A stretch of 64,000 nt of DNA from Clostridiales bacterium (GTDB lineage Bacteria > Bacillota > Clostridia > Christensenellales > CAG-138). The stretch is from the NCBI GenBank assembly GCA_012517905.1, contig JAAYUE010000053.1:9750-73749 (forward strand), read 5' to 3'. The notes beneath the pieces are model-generated. The model made no database searches. It had not been told where the DNA came from and saw nothing but the letters and a program-made list of their open reading frames with translations. The stretch's first letter is position 1, and each line of letters begins with the position of its first letter. A program made the translations under genes and the position numbers. This document shows, in pieces, positions 10,432-18,186 of this stretch.

Positions 10432-11139
10432 TTATTCTCCCATCAACCTGCGGATGATTTCGTGGTATGCTTCTTCCACGTCGCCAAGGTCGCGGCGAAA
10501 GCGGTCTTTGTCCAGTTTCTTTCCCGTGGCCTTGTCCCAGAAGCGGCAGGTATCCGGCGAAATCTCGTCCGCGAGGATCACCTTGCCTTCCGAGCGGCCG
10601 AACTCTAGCTTGAAGTCGATCAGCTCGATGCCGAGCGCGTCGAGATATGCGCTGAGGATGTCGTTGATGGCGAAGGAATACGTCTTCACTTTCTCCATCT
10701 CCTCGTCGGTGGCGAGGTTCAGCGCGCGGACGTAATACGAGTTGATGAACGGATCGCCAAGCTCGTCGTTTTTATAGCTGAACTCCAGGATCGGACAGGC
10801 AAGCGCGGTCCCTTCCGCAACGCCCATACGCTTGGAAAAGCTGCCCGCCGCGCGGTTTCGAACGATGACCTCGATGGGCAGAATCTGCACGCGCTTCACC
10901 GCGGTCTCGCGATCGGAGAGCTGCTCGATATAGTGCGTGGGAATCCCCTTGCTTTCCAGCAGGCGGAAGAAGTGGTTGGACACCTTGTTGTTCACCACGC
11001 CCTTGCCCGCGATCGTCCCTTTTTTCTGGCCGTTGAACGCGGTCGCGTCGTCCTTGTAGTCCACGATCACGATTCCCGGATCATCGGTTGCAAATACTTT
11101 TTTGGCCTTGCCTTCGTAAATCTGTTCCAGTTTTTTCAT
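10432..11139 (-). CDS. purC: SAICAR synthetase
   Basis: ORF 10432..11184. Start taken at ATG 11139 ([16 protein letters not shown]) with GGAG-rich sequence upstream. Confidence 0.93.
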   Translation of the reverse strand: MKKLEQIYEGKAKKVFATDDPGIVIVDYKDDATAFNGQKKGTIAGKGVVNNKVSNHFFRLLESKGIPTHYIEQLSDRETAVKRVQILPIEVIVRNRAAGSFSKRMGVAEGTALACPILEFSYKNDELGDPFINSYYVRALNLATDEEMEKVKTYSFAINDILSAYLDALGIELIDFKLEFGRSEGKVILADEISPDTCRFWDKATGKKLDKDRFRRDLGDVEEAYHEIIRRLMGE

Positions 11140-11159
11140 TTGCTCTCCATCTCCTTCTG

Positions 11160-11328
11160 AAGCTCTTGCTGAAGTTCTTTCCAAAGCTTTTGCTGAAGTT
11201 CTTTTCTAAAACTCTTGCTGAAGTTCTTTCTCAAGTTCTTTCTCAAGTTCTTTCTAAAGTTCTTTCTAAAGTTCTTGCTAAAGTTCTTTCTAAAGCTCTT
11301 ACTAAAGTTCTTTCTGAAGCTCTTTCTG
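11160..11328 (-). repeat. Tandem array of 14 units of 12 nt (one unit is 13 nt); minus-strand consensus NAGAAAGAACTT
   Basis: Plus-strand units AAGTTCTTTCT[A/C/G] counted head to tail from 11160 to 11328. The array fills the purE-purC spacer and includes the last 9 codons of purE. Unit 11196..11208 carries one extra A. Confidence 0.95.
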
Positions 11329-11802
11329 CAGCGCGGCGTCCGCTTCGGAGGTCTTCTCCGCCAGCGCGCGCGCATGGCTTTCCAGTCGCTCGTTCAGGCC
11401 GTCGTCCCCCAGCGCGAGGATGCGCACGGCCAGCAGCGCGGCGTTGGCCGCGCCGTCGATTGCGACGGCGGCGACGGGCACGCCCTTCGGCATCTGCGCC
11501 GTGGACAGGAGCGCGTCCAGTCCGCCAAGGTCCTTCGAACTCGCCGGCACGCCGATCACCGGCAGGCGCGTGTGCGAGGCGAGCACGCCGGCCAGATGCG
11601 CGGCCTTGCCCGCAATTGCGATCACGACGCCGTACCCTTCCGCCGAGGCGGACGCGGCAAACTCCGCCGCCTGAACCGGCGAGCGGTGCGCCGAGAGCAC
11701 GCGCGCGGCATACGACACGCCGAATTCGGACAGGGTTTTCACCGCCTCTTTCGCCAGCGGCGAGTCGGACGCGCTTCCCATGACAATCGCGACTTTCTTC
11801 AA
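11302..11802 (-). CDS. purE: N5-carboxyaminoimidazole ribonucleotide mutase
   Basis: ORF 11302..11823 starts at a TTG with no RBS. The TTG at 11802 has GGAGGAG 6 nt upstream and gives MKKVAIVMGSASD. AGKAAHLAGV motif present. The C-terminus LQKELQKEL-TAG lies inside the tandem repeat. Confidence 0.9.
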   Translation of the reverse strand: MKKVAIVMGSASDSPLAKEAVKTLSEFGVSYAARVLSAHRSPVQAAEFAASASAEGYGVVIAIAGKAAHLAGVLASHTRLPVIGVPASSKDLGGLDALLSTAQMPKGVPVAAVAIDGAANAALLAVRILALGDDGLNERLESHARALAEKTSEADAALQKELQKEL

Positions 11803-11821
11803 AATCAGCTCCTCCGTCTCC

Positions 11822-11850
11822 AATCAAATAAGCCCGAGCTGTATTCGGGC
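11822..11850 (-). terminator. Weak terminator-like hairpin between the gntR stop and the purE RBS
   Basis: GCCCGA-N7-TCGGGC (11832..11850) followed on the minus strand by UUAUUUGAUU, then immediately GGAGACGGAGGAG. Only a 6-bp stem. Confidence 0.4.
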
Positions 11851-11853
11851 CTG

Positions 11854-12579
11854 TTAAAACTTCATTCTGAGCAGCGTATGCTTGATCACGCCGCCGATGT
11901 AGTACTGCGGCGAGTACAGCATCGGCATGCCTTCCTTGTCGTAGTCCAGCTCGTCAAGATAGAGCAGCGGCGTTCCCTCCGGCACGCCGAACAGCCCGGC
12001 TAGCTTTGCGTTTGCAACCGCGGGCTGCACCTCCGTGATGTCCATATACGGCTCAAGATCGCAATACCGCTTCAAAAACGAGAAGATCGGCTTTTCCAGC
12101 TCCTCCTCCGCGTAGTCTTTTTTCTTGATGAGCGAGAGCGGAATATAGTCCTCGCAGTAGATGGCGGGCACGCCGTCCGCGGCGATGAGCCGCTCGACGC
12201 GCAGCACGCCTTCCCCGGCGGGGATGGCAAGCCGCGTGGACACAGGCTCCGGCGCGGGCATGGTTTCAAAGCGCGAAACCAGTATGCCGGGCGTGCGGCC
12301 GGACTGCGCGATCATGTCCATGAACTCGATTTCGATGTCCATGCGCACCTTGACCGCCAGCACGTGCCGGTTGATCACGGTGCCGACGCCCTGCCGCCTG
12401 CTGATGAACCCTTCGCGCTCGAGCTGCGCTAGGCTGTCCCGCAGCTGCGTCCGGCTGATCTCCAGCCGCTCGGCAAGCACTTCCTCGCGCGGCAGCATGT
12501 TGGAGTAGCGGTATACGCCCTCCTTCATCTCCCGCAGCAGCCGCATGCGCACCGTCTGCATCTGCATGCTTTCGCCCAT
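11854..12579 (-). CDS. GntR-family transcriptional regulator (winged HTH plus UTRA-like effector domain)
   Basis: ORF 11854..12648. Start taken at ATG 12579. HTH region LPREEVLAERLEISRTQLRDSLAQLEREGFISRRQGVGT. Confidence 0.85.
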   Translation of the reverse strand: MGESMQMQTVRMRLLREMKEGVYRYSNMLPREEVLAERLEISRTQLRDSLAQLEREGFISRRQGVGTVINRHVLAVKVRMDIEIEFMDMIAQSGRTPGILVSRFETMPAPEPVSTRLAIPAGEGVLRVERLIAADGVPAIYCEDYIPLSLIKKKDYAEEELEKPIFSFLKRYCDLEPYMDITEVQPAVANAKLAGLFGVPEGTPLLYLDELDYDKEGMPMLYSPQYYIGGVIKHTLLRMKF

Positions 12580-12604
12580 ATCGACACCGCCCGTTCGTTC
12601 TTCA

Positions 12605-12630
12605 TTGGTACTACCTATTTGTAATACCAA
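12605..12630. promoter_or_regulatory. Candidate GntR operator (inverted repeat)
   Basis: TTGGTACTAC-N6-GTAATACCAA, 10-nt arms with one mismatch, 26 nt upstream of the gntR start. Confidence 0.35.
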
Positions 12631-12741
12631 TATCGAGCAGTGTAGCACATCCGCCGATGTTTGTAAAGCAGGCGACGAACGTATTTTTCGCGTTTCTCAC
12701 CCGTATGTCACGGCGCGTTGCGACCCTGCCACCGGCGGACG

Positions 12742-13596
12742 TTACAGCTCCACGACGCCTTCAAAGTTCTTGCGCGCGTCGCCGGTCATGACAACGCCCT
12801 CGTCCGTATAGCAGACGAGCAGGTCGCCGCCGCGCAGGCGCACCGTGATGTCCTCCCCCTTCTGACAGAAGCCGTTTTCCACCGCGGCGACGACCGCCGC
12901 GCACGCGCCGGTGCCGCAGGCGAGCGTCTCGCCGCTGCCGCGCTCCCACACGCGCATCTTGAGCGTGTGGCTGTCGATCACCTTGACGAACTCCGCGTTC
13001 ACGCGGTCGGGAAAGATTGGCGCGCTTTCGAACGCCGGACCGATCTTTGCAATGTCCAGCAGATCCGGGTTTTCTTCGAACACGACGCAGTGCGGATTTC
13101 CCATCGAGACGCAGGTGATCCGGTAGTCCTTCCCCTCGATCGGCACGGGCCTGCCGACGACGCGCTCGCCTTCCAGCAGCACGGGCACCTCTTTGGGCGA
13201 AAGAGCGGCTTTGCCCATGTCCACCGAGACGGACTTGACCTTTCCGCCGCGCACATAGAGGCGCAGGTGTTTTTCTCCGCTGAGGGTGTCGATGTTCAGC
13301 TCGGTCTTGTCGGTCATGCCGTTGTCGTAGAGGTATTTTCCCACGCAGCGGATGCCGTTTCCGCACATCCTGCCCTCGCTGCCGTCGCGGTTGAAGATGC
13401 GCATCTTCGCATCCGCCGTGTCCGAAGGGCAGATCAGGATGACGCCGTCCCCGCCGACGCCGCCGTGCGGGTCGGAAAGATAGACGCTCAGCGACTCCGG
13501 CGCGTCGATCTGCGTTTCAAAGCAGTTGAAGTAAATATAGTCGTTGCTCGTTCCGTTCATCTTGGTAAACGCAAGCCGCGTCTTTTCCGTCCGCAT
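12742..13596 (-). CDS. dapF: Diaminopimelate epimerase (in frame with, and not separated by a stop from, the carB allosteric-domain segment)
   Basis: From ATG 13596: MRTEKTRLAFTKMNGTSNDY. Two catalytic-Cys motifs (RMCGNG and LACGTGA). 284 aa, the normal DapF length. No convincing RBS in the 15 nt upstream. Confidence 0.85.
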   Translation of the reverse strand: MRTEKTRLAFTKMNGTSNDYIYFNCFETQIDAPESLSVYLSDPHGGVGGDGVILICPSDTADAKMRIFNRDGSEGRMCGNGIRCVGKYLYDNGMTDKTELNIDTLSGEKHLRLYVRGGKVKSVSVDMGKAALSPKEVPVLLEGERVVGRPVPIEGKDYRITCVSMGNPHCVVFEENPDLLDIAKIGPAFESAPIFPDRVNAEFVKVIDSHTLKMRVWERGSGETLACGTGACAAVVAAVENGFCQKGEDITVRLRGGDLLVCYTDEGVVMTGDARKNFEGVVEL

Positions 13597-13941
13597 GTGG
13601 TTGATGTCCACGAGCTCCGTGCTGCGCTGGGTAAAGCGGCTGATGAGGCTGTCCGCCAGCGCGTTCGCCGTATCCGCGGACGTGATGCACGGCACCGCGA
13701 GTTCGACCGCCTTGCGGCGGATCTTCACGCTGTCCCGCGAGGGCAGCCGTCCTTTGGAGGAGGTGGAGATGATGTAGTCCACCTTGCCGCTCTCCATCAG
13801 GGTCATGATATTGTCCGAGCTGTCGTGCAGCTTGCCGACCTCCGTCGCCTCCATGCCCGCGTCCCGAATGGCTTTCGCGGTGCCTTTCGTCGCATAGACG
13901 CAGAACCCCAGTTCGACGAATTTCCGCACCGCGTCGGTGAT
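13597..13941 (-). other. carB: carB C-terminal allosteric (MGS-like) domain coding segment, downstream of the in-frame TAG and upstream of the dapF Met
   Basis: Same frame as carB. Reads ITDAVRKFVELGFCVYATKGTAKAIRDAGMEATEVGKLHD...YIISTSS...RRKAVELAVPCITSADTA, the expected continuation of CarB after VTVRDSDKG. Confidence 0.8.
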
Positions 13942-16782
13942 CTAGCCCTTGTCGCTGTCCCGCACGGTCACGAGCAGGCCGCCGCGCCGCTTCATGTTGT
14001 AACCCGCCGCGACGAGGCCTTTATATAGCGCCTCGTCCCGCGTTTTGCCGATGCCGAGCACCTCGCCCGTGGACTTCATCTCGGGATCGAGCAGGATGTC
14101 CACGTCCGCCAGCTTCTCAAAGGAGAACACCGGCACCTTGACGGCCACGTACGGCGGCGTTTGGTACAGCCCCGTGCCAAAGCCCATGTCGGTCAGTTTC
14201 TCGCCGAGCATCGCGCGCGTCGCGAGGTCCACCATCGGCACGCCCGTGACCTTGCTGATATAAGGCACCGTACGCGAGGAACGCGGGTTGACCTCGATGA
14301 CGTAGATTTCGTTTTCGTAGATCACATATTGAATGTTGATCAGCCCCCGCGTGTCCAGCGCGAGCGCAAGGCGCTTGGAGTGGTCGATCACGCGCTCGAT
14401 CAGCGGGCCGTTGAGGTTCCAGGCCGGATAGACCGCGATGGAGTCGCCGGAGTGCACGCCCGCGCGCTCGATGTGCTCCATGATGCCGGGAATGAGGATG
14501 TCCTCGCCGTCGCAGATGGCGTCCACCTCGATCTCCGTGCCGCGCAGATACTGGTCGATCAGGATCGGGTTGTCGATCTCATGCCGCAGGATGATGCCCA
14601 TGTATTCCGTCACGTCCTCGTCCGAAAACGCGATGATCATATTCTGTCCGCCGAGCACGTAGCTCGGCCGGATCAGCACGGGATAGCCAAGCTCGTTTGC
14701 GGCGACGAGCGCCTGCTGCGCCGTCTTCACCGTTTGCCCGCGCGGACGCCTGATGCGCAGCCGGGACAGCAGCGCGTCGAAGCGCTCCCGGTCCTCCGCC
14801 GCGTCGATGCTGTCCGCGGGCGTGCCCAGAATCCGCACGCCGCGCGCCACGAGATGCCGCGTGAGCTTGATGGCGGTCTGACCGCCGAAGGCCACGACCA
14901 CGCCGTAGGGCTGCTCCGTCTCGACGACGTTCATCACGTCCTCCGGCGTCAGCGGTTCGAAATAGAGCCGGTCCGCGGTGTCGAAGTCCGTCGAAACCGT
15001 CTCGGGATTGTTGTTGACGATGACCACCTCGAACCCCGCCTGCTTGAGCGACCAGACGCAGTGCACGGACGCGTAGTCAAACTCGATGCCCTGGCCGATG
15101 CGGATCGGGCCCGAGCCGAACACGATCACGCGGCGCTTGCCCGTGTCGTGCTTTGCAAGGAACGCCGCGGCCTCGTTTTCGCAGGCGTAGTCCGCGTAGA
15201 AATACGGCGTCTGCGCCTCGAACTCCGCCGCGCAGGTGTCCACCATGCGGTAGCCCGCGGACAGATGCCGCTCCACCCTGCCGCCGGAGATGCGCTCCAG
15301 CACCCGGTCGGGATAGCCGAGTTTTTTGCCTTCCAGATAGCGTTCGTCGTCGAGGCCGTCCCGCTCCAGCGTCTGCTCGAACGCCACAAGCCGGTTCAGC
15401 TTATGCAGAAACCAGCGGTCGATCATCGTGATTTCGGCGATCTCCTCGATGGAAATCCCCCTCTTGAGCGCCTCGAACACCACAAACAGCCGCTCGTCAT
15501 CGCAGTTATGCAACAGCCGCCCGATTGCATCCATGGGTTTGTCCTTCAGCTTCGGCAGGTTCAGGCTGTCCAGCGAAATCTCCGCGCCGCGCACCGCCTT
15601 CATGATCGCCTGCTCAAACGTGGGCCCGATCGCCATGACTTCGCCGGTCGCCTTCATCTGCGTGCCGAGCGTGCGCTTGCCGTAGACAAACTTGTCGAAC
15701 GGCCACTTGGGCAGCTTGACCACGACGTAGTCCAGCGCGGGCTCAAAGCAGGCGGAGGTCTTGCCGGTGACCGCATTTTTGATTTCGTCCAGCGTGTAGC
15801 CGACCGCGATCTTCGCGGCGACCTTGGCGATCGGATACCCCGTCGCCTTGGAGGCCAGCGCGGAGGAGCGGCTCACGCGCGGGTTGACCTCGATGACCGC
15901 GTATTCAAAGCTCGTCGGATGCAGCGCAAACTGGCAGTTACAGCCGCCCTCGATGCCGAGCGTGTCGATGATCTTCCGCGTCGCGGAGCGCAGCATCTGA
16001 TACTCCCGGTCGGCCAGCGTCACGGCGGGCGCGATGACGATGCTGTCGCCCGTGTGCACGCCGACGGGGTCGAAGTTTTCCATGCTGCAGATGGTGATCA
16101 CGTTTCCGTTCCGGTCGCGCATGCCCTCGAACTCGATCTCCTTCCAGCCGGAGATGCATTTTTCCACGAGGATCTGCGTAATCGGCGACATGCGAAGGCC
16201 GTTTCCCGCGATCTCGCGCAGCTCCGCCTCCGTCCCGGCGATGCCGCCGCCGGAGCCGCCGAGCGTAAACGCCGGACGGACGATCACGGGATAGCCGATC
16301 TCTTCGGCAAACGCGAGCGCGGCGGCGACGTTCGTCACGACTTGGGAGGGGATAACCGGCTCGCCGATTTCCAGCATCGTGTCCTTAAAGCGCTGTCGGT
16401 CCTCCGCCTTTGCAATGGTCTCGGGATTTGCGCCGAGCAGGCGTACGCCGTGCGCTTCCAGAAAGCCCTCTTTCGCCAGCTGCATGGAGAGCGTCAGCCC
16501 GGTCTGCCCGCCGAGCGTGGAGAGCAGGCTGTCCGGCTTTTCTTTTTCGATGATGCGCTCCAGCGTTGTCAGCGTGAGCGGCTCGATGTAGATATGGTCC
16601 GCCATGACTTTGTCGGTCATGATGGTCGCGGGGTTCGAGTTGACGAGAAGGACCTCAAGGCCCTCCTCCTTGAGCGCGCGGCAGGCCTGCGTACCCGCAT
16701 AGTCGAACTCCGCGGCCTGACCGATGACGATCGGGCCGGAGCCGATGACCATGACGCGCTTGATGTCGGTATCCAGTGGCAT
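13942..16782 (-). CDS. carB: Carbamoyl-phosphate synthase large subunit, terminated by an in-frame TAG (13942..13944) before its allosteric domain
   Basis: 946-aa ORF with two ATP-grasp halves (VMVIGSGPIVIGQAAEFDYAG and VIVFGSGPIRIGQGIEFDY). Ends ...VTVRDSDKG-TAG where family members continue. Confidence 0.9.
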   Translation of the reverse strand: MPLDTDIKRVMVIGSGPIVIGQAAEFDYAGTQACRALKEEGLEVLLVNSNPATIMTDKVMADHIYIEPLTLTTLERIIEKEKPDSLLSTLGGQTGLTLSMQLAKEGFLEAHGVRLLGANPETIAKAEDRQRFKDTMLEIGEPVIPSQVVTNVAAALAFAEEIGYPVIVRPAFTLGGSGGGIAGTEAELREIAGNGLRMSPITQILVEKCISGWKEIEFEGMRDRNGNVITICSMENFDPVGVHTGDSIVIAPAVTLADREYQMLRSATRKIIDTLGIEGGCNCQFALHPTSFEYAVIEVNPRVSRSSALASKATGYPIAKVAAKIAVGYTLDEIKNAVTGKTSACFEPALDYVVVKLPKWPFDKFVYGKRTLGTQMKATGEVMAIGPTFEQAIMKAVRGAEISLDSLNLPKLKDKPMDAIGRLLHNCDDERLFVVFEALKRGISIEEIAEITMIDRWFLHKLNRLVAFEQTLERDGLDDERYLEGKKLGYPDRVLERISGGRVERHLSAGYRMVDTCAAEFEAQTPYFYADYACENEAAAFLAKHDTGKRRVIVFGSGPIRIGQGIEFDYASVHCVWSLKQAGFEVVIVNNNPETVSTDFDTADRLYFEPLTPEDVMNVVETEQPYGVVVAFGGQTAIKLTRHLVARGVRILGTPADSIDAAEDRERFDALLSRLRIRRPRGQTVKTAQQALVAANELGYPVLIRPSYVLGGQNMIIAFSDEDVTEYMGIILRHEIDNPILIDQYLRGTEIEVDAICDGEDILIPGIMEHIERAGVHSGDSIAVYPAWNLNGPLIERVIDHSKRLALALDTRGLINIQYVIYENEIYVIEVNPRSSRTVPYISKVTGVPMVDLATRAMLGEKLTDMGFGTGLYQTPPYVAVKVPVFSFEKLADVDILLDPEMKSTGEVLGIGKTRDEALYKGLVAAGYNMKRRGGLLVTVRDSDKG

Positions 16783-16831
16783 TGCGTTTCTCCTTCCGTT
16801 CTGCCGTGTGCGTGCGGTTTTGCGCCGGTCG

Positions 16832-17926
16832 TTACGCGCGCGCGGATTGCGCCGCTTCCATCAGCCGGATGAACCGGTCGAACAAAAACCGCGTGTCCAG
16901 CGGGCCGGCGCAGGCCTCGGGGTGAAACTGCACGGAAAACGCGGGCAAATCGGTGTAGTCGAGCCCCTCGCAGGTATCGTCGTTGAGGTTTGTAAAGCTG
17001 ACGACCGCGTTTTTCGGCAGCGCGTCCTGTGTCATCACGGCATAGCCGTGGTTCTGGCTCGTGATATAGACGCGCTTCGTCCCGCGCTCCTGCACAGGCT
17101 GGTTCGCGCCACGGTGGCCGTATTTGAGCTTCATCGTCCTTCCGCCCTGCGCAAGCGCGAGCAGCTGGTGTCCCAGACAGATGCCGAAGATCGGCACCCT
17201 TGCCTCGCACAGGCGCCCGAGCTCGCGGATGATGCCGGTGTTTTCGGCGGGGTCGCCAGGGCCGTTGGAGAGCATCACGCCGTCGGGCCGCAGGGCGAGG
17301 ATCTCCGCCGCCGTCGCGCCCGCAGGGACGCTCGTGACGTCGCAGCCGCGCCGAAGCAGCTCACGCGCGATGTTTCGCTTCGCGCCAAAGTCCCAGAGCA
17401 CGACGCTGCGCTTGCCGTCTTCGGCGCGCTGCGTCCGCTCCGCGCCGCAGCTGACCTGTTCGACCGCGCGCTCGATGCGATAGGCGCGCAGTTCCTGCAG
17501 CGCGCGTTCTCCGAGATCGGGACTGTCCGCGATGACGGCGTTCATCACGCCGCGCTCGCGGATGATCTTGACCAGTTCCCGCGTGTCGACGTCCCAGAGT
17601 CCCACGACATTGGCGGATAATAAAAAGGCGTCAAGGTCTTCTTCACTGCGAAAGTTCGAAGGCTCCTGACACCAGTTTCTCACAATATACGCTTTCAACG
17701 CGGGGGCCGCTCCCTCAAAGTCCTCGGGAATGACCCCATAGTTTCCAATCAATGGAAACGTTTGAACGACCATCTGGCCGTAATAGCTCGGATCGGTCAG
17801 CGTCTCCAGATATCCGGTCATGGCGGTCGTAAACACGATTTCGCCGGTGACCTGTCCGCTCGCGCCAAACGGTTTTCCCTTGAACACCCGCCCGTCTTCC
17901 AGAATGAGATACCTCGCTTGTTCCAT
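16832..17926 (-). CDS. carA: Carbamoyl-phosphate synthase small (glutaminase) subunit
   Basis: 364-aa ORF with the GATase motif IFGICLGHQLL and an ATG start. Confidence 0.95.
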   Translation of the reverse strand: MEQARYLILEDGRVFKGKPFGASGQVTGEIVFTTAMTGYLETLTDPSYYGQMVVQTFPLIGNYGVIPEDFEGAAPALKAYIVRNWCQEPSNFRSEEDLDAFLLSANVVGLWDVDTRELVKIIRERGVMNAVIADSPDLGERALQELRAYRIERAVEQVSCGAERTQRAEDGKRSVVLWDFGAKRNIARELLRRGCDVTSVPAGATAAEILALRPDGVMLSNGPGDPAENTGIIRELGRLCEARVPIFGICLGHQLLALAQGGRTMKLKYGHRGANQPVQERGTKRVYITSQNHGYAVMTQDALPKNAVVSFTNLNDDTCEGLDYTDLPAFSVQFHPEACAGPLDTRFLFDRFIRLMEAAQSARA

Positions 17927-18003
17927 TTAAACCCTCCCGCGGTTGACCGGTTTCCCGCCGCCCAGGCGCAACGCGCCCGCGGCTCTTTTTATCTTTAGGG
18001 TGT

Positions 18004-18013
18004 AATATAACAC
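18004..18013 (-). promoter_or_regulatory. Possible extended -10 element (TGTTATATT) for carAB in an AT-rich island
   Basis: The minus strand reads ...ATCTGTGTTATATTACACC about 75 nt upstream of the carA ATG. No good -35. Confidence 0.3.
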
Positions 18014-18126
18014 AGATGATTCAAATAGGAAAGCTAATTATATTTATTCAATAATTATAAATATTTATGTAGTTCCGGGCCGCAGATCCGCCGCGTTGTT
18101 CGATCAAATTGTGCGGCCATGGCGAT

Positions 18127-18164
18127 AAAAAAACGCGTTCCCGCCAGCGGGAACGCGTTTTTTT
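18127..18164 (-). terminator. Rho-independent terminator (bidirectional shape)
   Basis: AAAAAAACGCGTTCCC-GCCAGC-GGGAACGCGTTTTTTT: a 10-bp perfect stem flanked by A7 and T7, 23 nt downstream of the stop at 18187. Confidence 0.85.
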
Positions 18165-18186
18165 GTGCATGCGGCCGCGCACCGGA

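Noticed and set aside
11160-11328. Possible CRISPR array or minisatellite-type mobile element at the 12-nt repeats.
   Set aside because: The units are contiguous with no spacers, are far shorter than CRISPR repeats, and have no leader or cas genes. The plus-strand ORF 11088..11783 (LKFF/SKVL repeats) is only the translation of the same repeat.
17927-18000. ZTP (pfl)-like CGCCTGGGC element or PyrR box in the carA leader.
   Set aside because: Only the short CGCCUGGGC string matches. The 5-prime subdomain of the ZTP motif is absent, the gene context is wrong for ZTP, and no UCCAGAGAGG-like PyrR loop is present.
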